Below, one piece after another: positions 40,111 through 52,301 of a stretch of DNA of 64,000 nt. This DNA comes from Nemertoderma westbladi (Eukaryota; Animalia; Xenacoelomorpha). The notes under the pieces were generated by a model, which saw only the letters and a list, made by a program, of their open reading frames with translations, searched no databases and was not told the origin of the DNA. Position numbers and translations under genes: made by a program. The stretch spans positions 1-64,000 of the forward strand of contig JAUCBJ010002942.1 in the NCBI GenBank assembly GCA_032718475.1, given 5' to 3'. Positions within the stretch are counted from its first letter, which is position 1, and each line of letters opens with the position of its first letter.

Positions 40111-40463
40111 TAACGAGCTCTCATTGCAATGTTAGCATTTGACTGGTAGTTGACATATGGGATGGCTTCATTCAATAGTAATGAGTTTTATTTATTTATA
40201 AAGGCGTAACTTTATTGTATAATCGGTGCCGATTTGAATAAACCCATTCGGCCCTAAATATTTATTAATTGAAGTGCCATGACATTTAAGACGATGTGGT
40301 AAATAAGGTCATGTGATGCAATGGACTGATAGCTAACTAATACTATTGATTTGGCTTTGAAACTGATGACATTTAAAGCAATGCCAAATTCTCACAAAAC
40401 AATTTCTAATTCCTTCATTGTTGGCTAACCGGAACTGTTAGTTACTTATTTGTTTCCTGCATA

Positions 40464-40644
40464 CACCATGTCCTGGAATATAGTGTAGTAAGGCCGCGTT
40501 CACACTACCGAATCAAAGTCAAAGTCAAAAGAAAATAAATATAGCTAGCTAGCAATAATAAATAATAATACATTATATAGGCCTAATATAAAAACCTGAA
40601 TACCTGAATAACAACGACACTATACTGTATTCAAGGACATGGTG
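40464..40644. mobile_element. Small Tc1/mariner-type MITE
   Basis: TA|CACCATGTCCTGGAATATAGTGTAGT is mirrored by ACTATACTGTATTCAAGGACATGGTG|TA. Confidence 0.6.
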
Positions 40645-40721
40645 TAGTAAAGTGGCACTTATTAGTACAGTTTGGGTTGTATGTCAATGAACCTCAATTT
40701 GTATCAATATATATATAATAT

Positions 40722-40990
40722 ATGGAATGGGGGTGGGGGGGGGGGGGGGGGGGGGGGGGCTTGACGCTAATTCCATCTCTGCGAATTAATATCTCGTCCC
40801 AATTAACATTAAATTATCAATTAATTAAGGGAAAGGAGCAGGTTACAGTGGCATGTTATTCTAATCAAAACAATTAACTAAAGTCAATACCACGTTACAG
40901 TTTTAATTTTGTGATTAATCAGCTGTTATTTGGGTTGATTTTCTCCTAGAGAGGGATACATTTTGAATGCGTCGAATTTTTTCCTATATG
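40722..40990. mobile_element. Diverged copy of the 250-bp G-rich-TIR MITE
   Basis: Poly-G start and shared internal GGGAAAGGAGCAGGTTACAGTGG and AATCAGCTGTTATTTG motifs. TSD not resolved. Confidence 0.65.
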
Positions 40991-41296
40991 TCCCATCAAC
41001 ATTATTCATAAGTTGACTCGCAGAGGATTGTTACTGTACTACCGTAGATCACCATGAAGTCAATGTCTCCCAATGTATGAAGGAATAAACCAAGCATACG
41101 CTGTCAAGAATATTTAAATAGAATTTATACCTGTTTACTGTAATTACATGTGGAAATCGTCGTATCCTGCCAAAAGCAAACAATTGAGTTAGTGACGTGA
41201 GCCATGAGCGATACCGTATGGTGAAGAATGGATTGCCACGTGCGTCATCATTACGCATTCTCTACAATAGTGAAATGGTAACGTTATGTACAGTAA

Positions 41297-41766
41297 TGTC
41301 AGTTAGGGGGACTTTTTTTCAGAGGTTCTCCGTGACGTCATAATTTATGGCAGCGACCAAAAATTAATTTATGGCGTCGACCAAAATTAATTTATGGTCG
41401 ACCAAAAATTAATTTATGGTCGACCAAAAATTAATTTATGGTCGACCAAAAATTAATTAATTGTCGACCAAACATTATTAATTTATGGACGACCATAAAT
41501 TAATTCCTATGGTAGTTTGAATTTCCCGGTAACTTGTAGGTCGAGATTTTGATTGGCCATTCATTGGTTAGGGTAGTGGGAAACCATCCAATTGCACGTT
41601 TATCTAATATCTGAATGTAATTAATCTGTCCAAATCTCGCCGTACACGGTACCGGGAAATTCAAACTTCCCGAAATTAATTTTTGGTCGACCATAAATTA
41701 ATTTTTGGTCGACCATAAATTATGACTTCATGGAGAACTTCTGAAAAAAAAATCAATTAATTGGCA
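41297..41766. mobile_element. Foldback-type MITE with ~21-bp sub-repeats in both arms
   Basis: TTTTTCAGAGGTTCTCCGTGACGTCATAATTTATGG is mirrored by CCATAAATTATGACTTCATGGAGAACTTCTGAAAAA. AATTAATTTATGGTCGACCAAA repeats are inverted between the arms. Confidence 0.75.
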
Positions 41767-42299
41767 AAGATCAGCCACCGTAGAATATCAACTATATATT
41801 TGATTTAAAAAAAAGTAGGAATGTATTTCATGCCGGGTCGAATGGGAAGATTTCCACGAACGAGGGTAAACGAAGTGAGTTAAATATGAAACGAGAGCTT
41901 GAAAGTGATATACAGGTAATTTATTTAATTTATTTTTAGTTAAATCGATTAAGATTAAAGTAAATATTATACCGGTACCATCGTACCGGTAACAACCATG
42001 TAGCTTTGTGCTGTCTGAAGCATACAGAGGTAATAAATAGGCATAAATGTACTACAGTATGTGTAGGCAGCGACGCGACAGAATGAGTGACACCGGTCTT
42101 GTCCTGGTACGTTACCGGTAAGGACCAAAATATCATTTGCCATCTGTGATGAATGACTTACTGTTAGGCCTACCTCAGCGTGAGCGTAAAATACGGTACA
42201 ATCATACTGAAAGAATACTGTTACTTTTATAGACTAGAAAATAAAATAATATATTTGGATAGGATAGCAATTCACTCATACATTATTTCTATTATGTAA

Positions 42300-45200
42300 T
42301 CTCCAGGAATCACACCCCTGAAGAATGTAGTATTATTGTCAAACGATACAAGATACAATGCTATATTATAAACCTACATTGGAACTACAGATGACTCATC
42401 TAAAAATATACTATTAAAATCTTGGGGCGGTTCGGATCTCGTCGAGTTTATGAAGACTGATGCCAAGGTCCTGCAACAGGCATAATGGTGGCTCAACGAG
42501 CAGATACCTACAAACAGATCATAGACAAAACCAAAGCTGAAATGACGAGAATGGTGAATAGAACCGTGGCTATGTACAATCTCTTAACCACAAAACAGGG
42601 TAGTCATGATGGATGGAATTCATAAAACAGTTGGAAAAAAGGCATGCATTCTAAATTTTGATACTCAACCATACAGACACAAAGATGCTGTTAAAGATGC
42701 AACAATATACGGCATGATGGATTCCAGACTGAAAGAAAAATCTCCGACTGAGGATCCTGACTTGGAAACACTTGTCAGTTGGGGTCAAGCACGAGAAACA
42801 GGAAGAGATGGAGCTTATAACCTAGGAGATACAACATAATCCTTAATAAAGCACATCAGCAACAATGAGTCCTTCCAGGATGATGTCGAAAATGAACTAG
42901 TCAATATAATTGATACACTGACAATTATGAAATTGAAACGCCAGGGCAAATACAACATTCGAAACCAAAGAATGGATCTTCCCCAAACAAGAGAGGGAAA
43001 ATATAATAGACAACCAGGAAAATGTAAGGCATGTGCATTGTGTATCAGACCATCCTGCAGGTTGATGTCCCGTACATGGCAAACAGTGCTACTCTTGCAG
43101 TGGCAGGAATCACTTCAGTAGAACACCAGCATGCCCAAACAAAATAAGGAGAATTAACACCCAGTATGTTGAACCTGATTAGGATATGGCCAAAAGGGAA
43201 GATGAAACCTATTTTGAGACCATTAACAGACCAACCATACAATCGAATAGAGCAACGAATAGAGCAATTTTGTTGGCCTGGTGTTGATAGTGAGGCAATG
43301 CCACTGATGATGATGAGCTTCACAATAAAAATGACAACTCAAAATGGGTTAACATATATATAGGAGGAAAAGACATGAGTTTATACACAGACACAGGCAG
43401 CCCATTCACCATTATTCCCCCACAACTATGTTCCACTAAAATTGGTAAAATACAATCAGCAGACACTCACTTCAGGGCATGGGGACTACTACTAGGTCGA
43501 GCGAACTCGGACAGTAGAAATGAGATCCTTCCAGGCTTCCTGATTCTCCATAGTTGTCGCAATTTCGTTTCTCTCAAGTTCAGTATCCCTTTCAAGTTGA
43601 TCTATATATGTTATGGCTGGTCGTCTACGACTACGCTTTCCATGGGTTGGTTGCCAGAAAAGTAGATCTGGTATGACCTCGCCTCGTGGTTGATACAGGT
43701 GGTATTGTACTATAAAGCTCGGCGTTTGTCATGTGTTGTCTCCAGCTGATGTTTAGGGCTGCCCTTAGTAGTCTTGTGTAGCAACCATCAATTCGTTGTT
43801 CAAGTAATTTAGTCAGTGTCCAGGTCTCACCCCCGTATAAAAATACACTTTCCACTGTGGCTCGAAAGAACTTAGTCTTCAGGTGCCTGGAGAGATCTCA
43901 TTTCCAGATGGTATCCATTTTTGATAGAGCTACCCAAGCCTTTGCTTTCCTAACTTTTATGTCCTTTTTGCTACTCTCTATCCATGATCCAAGGTACTGG
44001 AAGTCGTCGACCTTCCTTAGTTGATTATTATCAATGGTTGTCAAGTTTCCATCAACATTAAAGGTCATGAATTCGGTCTTGATAGCATTTATATGCACTC
44101 AAACCTTCTTAGCAGCCCTCTCCACTTTATTTAGTAGAAGCTGTACATCTACTAGCATATTAGAGAGCAGGGCGATGTCATCCGCAAAGTAGGTGTCTGT
44201 GACTTGTAGAGGGCAGGGGGACACTCTACAAATTTAAATGTCAAAGGCATGATACAAACAAAACTTACAACTCAAAAAGGGGCATCCGTTCATACAAAGA
44301 TATATGTAGTAGATGGATATCAACCAGAACCACTGTTGGGTGATGGTGATGCACAGCAACTGGGATTCATCACTTTTAATAAGGAAGGAAGGGAACCATA
44401 CCCTTCAGAGAAATCACTCACATCAGCCCAAAATGCGATGATATAGGCTTCATGAGGTTCTTAATATTACAGTTAAAACAGAGAGACAACCAGAACAACC
44501 AATCCAAACAACCATCAACCAAATCCCATCAACAAAGAAAAACAGAAGGTAATGGCATTGGTGAAGGAATACGAAGGCCTGGTCTTTAATTAAAATAGAG
44601 TTGGAAAAATTGATGCTGACCCAGTGTGTCTAAACTACAAGAACAATTTTACACCTGTGCAACCAAGATTTCACAACATTCCCATACATTACCAAGAACA
44701 AGTAAGTGAGCTCCTAGGATTTCTCAGGCAATAAGGCGTTATAACAGATGTCGACCCGCGAAAGTAGTATCCCATTATAATGAATGCAGTAATCACAGAC
44801 AATAAAATGTCCAAATCAGAATGAATATTGATAACACTCCATGTAATAAAGGAATGCAAAGGACAAAATTCCATGTGCAGACCCCACAAGAAATCCGACA
44901 TGATCTCAAGGAAGCCAAGATCTTTACAGAAATGGATATGGGTTGGGGCTTCCTCCAACTCAGTCTTGAAACATCAAAGGAGAAAGCAATCTTTCAAAAT
45001 CATGAAGGAATTTACTGCATGGAAAGATTATACTTTGGCCCAACATCCTCTTCTGGAATATTCCATAGTGAAGTAAGAAAGGCACTCAGTGGCTTGAAAG
45101 GCGTCACAAATCTACATGAGAACATCCTAGTATAGTACAGAACCTAGAAGAACACTACGAAAATCTGAAAGCATGCCTAAAGAGGTTTGCAGAAAAGGGC

Positions 45201-47560
45201 ATTGAACTAAAAAAAAAAAGCAAGTCAACATATTGCATGATGGAAATTCAGTGGTTTGGAAGAACTTTCACATCATCCGGTGTGGCAGCGGACAGAAACA
45301 AAATCGATTTAATTATTGAAAGGTGCCAACCAGCAACCATAGAAGACATAAGGTCATTCTTAATGGCATGCCAATATAATGCTAAGTTTACGTTTGATCA
45401 TCCTGCAATCCCCGAATCATATGCAGAGCTAACAAAACCATTAAGGGATCTTCTAAAAAAAGATTCCCACTTTAATTGGAAGGAAGAAAAAGAACGAGCA
45501 TATGCAAAGTTGACAACGATAATGAACACGTTGACCACTCTGTGACCTTACGACCCGCTCAAAAAGTCACACTATTTAGCAGATGCATCAGAAGAGGAAA
45601 TGCAAGCACGATAATGAACACGTTGACCACTCTGTGACCTTACGACCCGCTCAAAAAGTCACACTATTTAGCAGATGCATCAGAAGAGGAAATACAAGCG
45701 AGTCTCTATCAGGAAGAAAGTACAGGAAACTGGATACCAGTTGACCATACAAGTCGAGCACTCACCCCAACTGAGCACAACTACAGTCCCATAGAAAGGG
45801 AAAGTTTAGCACAGACCTGGGGCATGGAACAGTTCAGATGCTACCTCGTTGGCGCAACTTGCACAGCCTGGACCGATCACCAACCTATAGTTCAGATATA
45901 TAACAATACCAATAAGCCAACCGTGAAACGTATATCTCGTCTAAGAGACCGCATACAGGATCTCAAGTTCACAATGAAATACCTGCCAGGAAAGCAGATG
46001 CCTTGTGATCATGGCAGCAGACACCCCAATCCAATAAACCACTTAGTCATTGAAACTCAAGAGAAACTCGGATTTGATATTGGAACAGAAATATCTGTAC
46101 GCAAACTTGCTTTCAGCAATTAACCAGATGAAATAACTCAGGCACAACTAGAATCAGCTGCAAAACAAGATAAAGTCTATTCAAAAGCAATACACGCAGT
46201 TAAAAGGGGAAAAGAGAATGAAGTCCATAGCGCCTTCAAACAAATATGGTATGAACTCAGCATAATTGAAGGAATATTACACCGAGGAAATAAACTCATC
46301 ATTCCAGATGCGGAATCCTTCCCAGGTTCAGGAAATCTGCAGAAGACAATAATAGACGTAGCTCATGAGGGACACCCATGCATAAATACAATGAAAAGAC
46401 ACTTGCTTGAGAAGGTTTGGTTTCCTAACATGGACTCAATGGTGGAAGACAGGGTAGAAAAATGTCTCGGATGTCAGGCCACAACACCCTCCAAACAAAG
46501 AGACCCCCTCATACCAACCAAACCACCTCACTCTCCCTGGGAGAAATTATCTGCTGATCACTGGGGCCCCACTCCAGATTGGAAATACATTCTCATGGTG
46601 ATCGATGAACTGTCAAAGTATCCCGAGGTAGTTATAGTAAAGGGAACAAGTGCAAATGATAATATAGCTGCTTTTGATAGCATATTCTCTAGACATGGTT
46701 TCTGCAAATCTTTAAAGACAGAAAATGGACCTCCTTTTAATGGAGGCGACTCACACCCGCTCCAGCAATACTTCAAGTGAGCAGGAATCAGCCACCATCC
46801 AACACAGCCCAGATGACCCAGAAGCAAATGGGTTAGCAGAAGCCTTCATGAAGCACTGCACCAAAATTTGGCACTCATCCATCATAGAACACCGTGAACC
46901 ACAGGCTGAATTAAACAAACATCTCAGAATGTTTCGATCTACACCGCATCCAACAACCGGTCTCTTACCAGCAGAGGTGCTATTCGGTTGGAAAATGAGA
47001 AATCGACTACCGCAGCTAATGAGGAACGAAAGTAGACAGGACAACGAAGTTGAGAAAGCCAAAGAGAAGTCGGAAACTGAAAAGACCAAACAGAAGGCAC
47101 ATAAGGATAACAAACCATATGTCCGTGGTCACAGAATAGAGGTCGGAGACGAAATACTTTTCCAACAGAGGAAAACGAAAACTGATCCACCATATGATCC
47201 CAATTCCTACATAGCCACAGCTGTAATGGGGCATCAAATAAAAGGTAGACGGTATTCGAGAGAAATAACTAGGGATGCCCAGCGTTGGAAGAAAGTCAAA
47301 GTTGAACCTACCATCGATTACGATCAAATACGTATCAACGAGTTGCATCAACATCTCAATCAATATGGAAGTGACGATGAGATTGATCAGTCGAAGCACT
47401 TCTGTGCGACCAATCAAAACTCAGTGGTACCTGATGATCCCTCAAATCCAGAACCCAGGCGCTCTAATCGAGAACGGAGACAGCCAGACTGGTACAGGCC
47501 TTGAGAGGACTCTATGGACTCGAGCACCAAGACTCTATACATAGAAACCGTTTACTTGTG
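42300..47560 (+). mobile_element. Decayed Ty3/Gypsy LTR retrotransposon internal region
   Basis: Order gag zinc knuckle, PR (YTDTGS), RT (MERLYFG), RNase H (ADAS, YSPIERESLA), IN (HEGH..C..C, DELSKYPE, ENGPPF, NGLAE). Many stops and frameshifts, a 92-bp internal duplication at 45516/45608, and no LTRs found. Confidence 0.9.
43487..44209 (-). mobile_element. 5'-truncated RTE-clade LINE inserted in the Gypsy protease region
   Basis: FADDIALL, FQYLGSWI and ESVFLYGGETWTLTK motifs, (TAG)n tail, and 13-bp TSD AGGGCA(T/G)GGGGAC at 43474-43486 and 44210-44222. Confidence 0.88.
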
Positions 47561-47970
47561 TCAGAGGTATCACTATTGTGTTTTTTACATTTGGTTGAGG
47601 GTAAATTTCATGCAAGTGTAACATGGTCCCTTTTTAGTGATTAAGATACAGTCTTTCGTAAGTCTGATACTGACAGAAACCTATTTGTATTTGATACTTG
47701 ATACGGGTACTACATCGTATCTACATGATTCATTACAGATGGGTATAGCTGGTATAGCTTGAATTTCTTCTTTCTTTGGAAGTTCAAGTTGTTCTAAGGG
47801 AAGCGTCAGTAGTTCTAAAGATAAACGTCAGTAATTCTAAAGAGAAGCTTTTGTAGTTCTAAATAAATAAATTGGAGTTGAGCTGTTAATGCAACTGTAA
47901 TTAAAGATGTAATATTATGGTTTTGTTCAGAAATGGAAAAATGAGAAAGCGCGTCACCGGGGGTTGAACC

Positions 47971-48016
47971 AGCGCTATACGTACGTTTCAGCCTATCAGG
48001 CCTCATCAGTAGCGCT
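47971..48016 (-). ncRNA. Minimal type I hammerhead ribozyme, intact copy
   Basis: AGCGCUA-CUGAUGA-GGCCU(GAU)AGGCU-GAAA-CGUACG-UA^-UAGCGCU: conserved core, perfect 7-bp stem I, stem II, and palindromic ACGUACGU stem III. Confidence 0.9.
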
Positions 48017-48449
48017 AACCAGTTCAGCCACTTGTCCCTGACATTCACATCCCACCTAATCAACTTCTATTGAACAGGCAGTCTTAAGTTGCATATCCTA
48101 TCTCGAACACCGGACCTACCGGCCTCAAGTATGTTAGAGTGAAACAGGAGGAAAGTACAAATAAATAAATATTCAGCTCGAGTCAGCTCGACAAAACCAT
48201 AATATTACATCTTGAATTACAGTTGCATTAACAGCTCAACTCCATTTTATTTATTTAATATCACCTGGCAGCAATACTCGAGCTGAATATTTATTTATTT
48301 GTACTTTCCTTTCCTCCTGTTTCACTCTCTAACATACTTGAGGCCGGTAGGTCCGGTGTTCGAGATAGGATATGCAACTTAAGACTGCCTGTTCAATAGA
48401 AGTTGATTAGGTGGGATGTGAATGTCAGGGACAAATGGCTGAACTGGTT

Positions 48450-48495
48450 AGCGGTACTGATGAGGCCTGATAGGCTGAAACGTACGTATAGCGCT
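48450..48495 (+). ncRNA. Minimal type I hammerhead ribozyme, one stem I mismatch
   Basis: AGCGGTA-CTGATGA-GGCCTGATAGGCT-GAAA-CGTACG-TA-TAGCGCT. Confidence 0.85.
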
Positions 48496-49662
48496 GTTTC
48501 ATCCCCCGGTGACGCGCTTTCTCATTTTTTCCATTTCTCAACAAAACCATAATATTACATCTTGAATTACAGTTGCATTAAAAGCTCAACTCCAATTTAT
48601 TTATTTAATATCACCTGGCAGCAATACTCGAGCTGAATATTTATTTATTTGTATTTTCCTCCTGTTTCACTCTAACATACTTGAGGCCGGTAGGTCCGCT
48701 GTTAGAGATAGGATATACAACTTAAGACTGCCTGTTCAATAGAAGTGGATTAGGTGGGATAGTGAATGTCAGGGACAAGTGGCTAAACTGGTTAGCGTTC
48801 TAAAGATAAACCTCAGTCGTTCTAAAGAGAAATGTCAGTAGTTCTAAAGAGAAACCTTATTAGTTCTAAAGAGGAACCTCAGTCGTTCTAAAGAGAAATG
48901 TCAGTAGTTCTAAAGAGAAACCTCATTAGTTCTAAAGAGGAACCTCATTCGTTCTAAAGAGAAATGTCAGTAGTTCTAAAGAGAAACCTCATTAGTTCGA
49001 AAGAGGAACCTCAGTCGTTCTAAAGAGAAATGTCATTAGTTCTAAAGAGAAATGTCATTAGTTCTAAAGAGGAACCTCATTCGTTCTAAAGAGAAATGTC
49101 AGTAGTTCTAAAGAGAAACCTCATTAGTTCTAAAGAGGAACCTCAGTCGTTCTAAAGAGAAATCTCATTAGTTCTAAAGAGAAATGTCATTAGTTCTAAA
49201 GAGAGACGTCAGTAGATCTAATGAGAAACGTCAGTAGATCTAATGAGAAACGTCAGTAGATCTAAAGAGCTTGGATAGATAAGATGAATAGGTAGTCTAC
49301 TTTTATTATGTAACGTACTACAATCTCCAGTTGTGTGCAATGGTATATATACTATTACATATTAAGAGGTACCTTTGTTTTTTTATTTATCACTGTAGAT
49401 AGATTCCACTGCTGCGTAATCAAAATGTACAGTAAAATATACAATTTTATAGTTAGTAATTGTGCAAAATAGTTTTTAGAACATCATTTTATATTTATAC
49501 AACCACTTATTGAAAAACAAACGTTTTTGATGTACCACATTATATTATTATAATGAATAACAATTTATATTTTCATGTCATTTTATAAAATTAATAGTAT
49601 ATCAGTCATCAGTAATTTGAATATAAATTTATTATTTGGTATCATAGCAGTCGATTCTAGAT

Positions 49663-49770
49663 TTTGTTTAAGAGGGGTCGTCATTTCCCATATAATTGTT
49701 TTTTGTTTAAGAGGGGTCGTCATTTCCCATATAATTGTTTTTAGTTTAAGAGGGGTCATCATATCCCACA
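49663..49770. repeat. 39-bp tandem triplication spanning the stop codon of prominin copy 1
   Basis: TTAAGAGGGGTC(G/A)TCAT starts at 49668, 49707 and 49746. Confidence 0.88.
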
Positions 49771-52301
49771 GAATCTTTTTTCATCTTCCTATAATGTTTT
49801 GATGTTATGATGAGAAACACCATGGCAACAATGGTTGAAACAGCGATCCACCCAGTAGCGAACCACATCCCGTTGATTGTTGTCAGTGTTCCAGAACATA
49901 TGGATCCAGCCACACCCCGGTAAACATTCCATATTGGCAAACATTTGGCAAACTCTGTTTTTATCACCGAATCCTTGTCAGCCAGCACATGGTTCATGAA
50001 GGCACCGAGGTAGCCTTGGAAATCAGTTAGGATTGTATCAAAAACTGGGCAATTATTTGTAGCTGGACATTTGGCTATTAAACCAGCTTTCTCGCCATCT
50101 AGATTCGCCTTGAACGTTGTTGTTTGTGTCTTGAATATGCCTGATGCTGTAGTATAAGCGTCATACGCGGTCTTTGCTGCATCTTTCTTACTTTTCGCTG
50201 TTGCCCCTTCAATAGTTGCGATACTCAACAGACTGGCATATATCGGATCAACTTCTACATTTTTCTCCCCATGAGCTCCACCAGGACTGATAGTGAAATC
50301 CATCACTTTTCCGACAATAGTTGCAGCGGGGGCGGCGCCATCAGCAAATTCAATTCCATCGCCCAGTGCATTACAATCAGTAACTGGTGTATGGTGAGTA
50401 GCTAAGTCAACACATTCCCCATAATTAAAGATGCCTTTAATTGCAAATTGATTGAAAATAGAAATGAAAAGGGGAGGGGTACCCGTTTCAATTGTATTTA
50501 AATTATCAAACACAGGGTCCCCAGCTGAGCCATATATATTTGGTGAACCTGCTAAAAAAGTAACCAGTGACGATTTGGCTGCATCAAAGCCACTCGAGGC
50601 CTGGCCCATTATCGCCGCAGGGTCTATGGTTGATTCAATAGATTTCATTGCATCCATGTTTCCTAACGACAGCGCTTCATAAATACCTTTGTTTTCTTTG
50701 CATCCGTTAATCGTGTTTAAAATTCCGCCACCAGGGACAATACCAGCCAGCGGGTCAGGAAAGGCTGGGGGATTTCCACTAAAAATGTCTTCAATAATTT
50801 TTCCTGATTCTAGATCCGAGCAAATCGCAGAGAATGGAACTAATATGGTAAATGGCATGACTGTGAGGAACATGAGTAGCCAAACAATGAATACTCCAAA
50901 TATTATGGCAATTGGCATCATCAAACATCCACCACAGTCGCTCAACATGTTACGTTTGGTGGGTTTAACTTTTCGGTAGCCAATAAGGCCTAGCAGAAAT
51001 CCAACCAATGATAACACTGGTATAAGAGCACCAAGGGCGAATAGGCCCAGTCCTATATAAGTCCGATATGGATCTATGGCACCTATGCTGTCACCTATTG
51101 ATGATACCTGTTGGAACATATCAAACATGGAATTCATGCTATCTATTGATGATGTCACAGATGTTAACATGCTGCTGATGTCTACATTGTCAATGGCGGT
51201 TTTGGCAGTCGCAATTCCAGCGGTAACTTGTGTATGTATATCTCCACCATATGTATCTGCAATCGATTTAAACGTTGGAGCAGGTGGTGTAGTAATCGAA
51301 TTCACAGTCGGAATACTTAATGGCATTATTGAAGTCATTGAAGTTAAACTCTTCAGAGGTTCTATAACGGGATTTTTTAGAGTGGCACAACATGCCAATC
51401 CTGTTATTTTGTCCGTTTCGGTTTTAATCTTCATCAGGGCATCATTGTACGCCGTCATGTAATCAGTGTATTTTGTCATAAAATCATCGAAACTAGCTTG
51501 AAACGTTTTGGCTTCTGCCGTGTAGGTATTCACATGGGTATCTATCGCAGAAACAGATACAAGTAGCGGGTTAGCTAAAACAACGCCAGTTTCATCTAAT
51601 TTGATTTTAAACCAATTTTTGAAGTCGCTGAACTGAGTGCCAAGAAGCCACTCGAGTTGACTTACAGTGTTGGTTACGAAACTCATCATGTCAGAAGGAA
51701 CATCTGTTCCTAGGACTTGCAGCAGGTTTGATGGAACTTGAGCTGTCATCACCTCATTGTTCTTGTAAGCGAGAGCAGCTCCTGTCAACGCGATAACAAG
51801 AACACCGATTGTTATCAATGTCAACACCAAGCAGATGAGAAAATTTGAATCGCTTTGCTTCATATTACCACCACACTTTCCGCAACATCTACAACAACAA
51901 AATGCCGAGCAAATTGGACACCAGAAAGTGATTACCAGAATTCCTAAAGCAACTCCTATAAGGTATCCAAGGAATGATACCACTTGTTTCTGTAGCAGTG
52001 GCATGATTTTGCTTGAATCAATTCCACCACCATTCATCATCGGACCCACAAGATCAGTCATGATGTCTTTTGTGGGAAGCTCTTTAATTGACATGGAAAC
52101 CATTAGGTTTACCATATCGTAGTACGGTGCCATGGAGCCAAAATCGTTCGTTAATGTCTCGTCTGTGAGCTTGTAGGCTTTCTCTGGAGATGGAAGCGGG
52201 GCGAAGACAGGATTACCAGCTGCATCACTGGTTACTGTCGTGGATGAAACGGTTGCAGCCATTGTGGCAACTAAACATATTGAAAACCACTGAGTCCCCA
52301 T
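49746..52301 (-). CDS. Intronless prominin (CD133)-family 5-TM glycoprotein, copy 1, 851 aa
   Basis: Signal peptide MGTQWFSICLVATMAATVSS, TM1 followed by CCCRCCGKCGG, 1+1+2+1 TM topology with two large extracellular loops, CLPIWNVY and INGMWFATGW motifs. ATG at 52301 matches the paralog start. Confidence 0.9.
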   Translation of the reverse strand: MGTQWFSICLVATMAATVSSTTVTSDAAGNPVFAPLPSPEKAYKLTDETLTNDFGSMAPYYDMVNLMVSMSIKELPTKDIMTDLVGPMMNGGGIDSSKIMPLLQKQVVSFLGYLIGVALGILVITFWCPICSAFCCCRCCGKCGGNMKQSDSNFLICLVLTLITIGVLVIALTGAALAYKNNEVMTAQVPSNLLQVLGTDVPSDMMSFVTNTVSQLEWLLGTQFSDFKNWFKIKLDETGVVLANPLLVSVSAIDTHVNTYTAEAKTFQASFDDFMTKYTDYMTAYNDALMKIKTETDKITGLACCATLKNPVIEPLKSLTSMTSIMPLSIPTVNSITTPPAPTFKSIADTYGGDIHTQVTAGIATAKTAIDNVDISSMLTSVTSSIDSMNSMFDMFQQVSSIGDSIGAIDPYRTYIGLGLFALGALIPVLSLVGFLLGLIGYRKVKPTKRNMLSDCGGCLMMPIAIIFGVFIVWLLMFLTVMPFTILVPFSAICSDLESGKIIEDIFSGNPPAFPDPLAGIVPGGGILNTINGCKENKGIYEALSLGNMDAMKSIESTIDPAAIMGQASSGFDAAKSSLVTFLAGSPNIYGSAGDPVFDNLNTIETGTPPLFISIFNQFAIKGIFNYGECVDLATHHTPVTDCNALGDGIEFADGAAPAATIVGKVMDFTISPGGAHGEKNVEVDPIYASLLSIATIEGATAKSKKDAAKTAYDAYTTASGIFKTQTTTFKANLDGEKAGLIAKCPATNNCPVFDTILTDFQGYLGAFMNHVLADKDSVIKTEFAKCLPIWNVYRGVAGSICSGTLTTINGMWFATGWIAVSTIVAMVFLIITSKHYRKMKKDSVGYDDPS

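Larger units (their letters stand above)
47861..48797. mobile_element. Retrozyme / Penelope-associated element: 350-bp monomers, one inverted plus ~1.7 tandem, carrying hammerhead ribozymes
   Basis: Minus-strand copy 47861-48183 and plus-strand copies with period 350 (48191, 48541). The last copy is truncated just before the ribozyme core. Confidence 0.85.
47790..49270. repeat. 22-bp minisatellite interrupted by the retrozyme insertion
   Basis: Unit ~GTTCTAAAGAGAAATGTCAGTA at 47790-47860 and 48798-49270. Confidence 0.88.

Noticed and set aside
47945-48040. Genuine tRNA gene
   Set aside because: A and B boxes are present, but there is no anticodon arm or convincing acceptor stem; the middle is a hammerhead.
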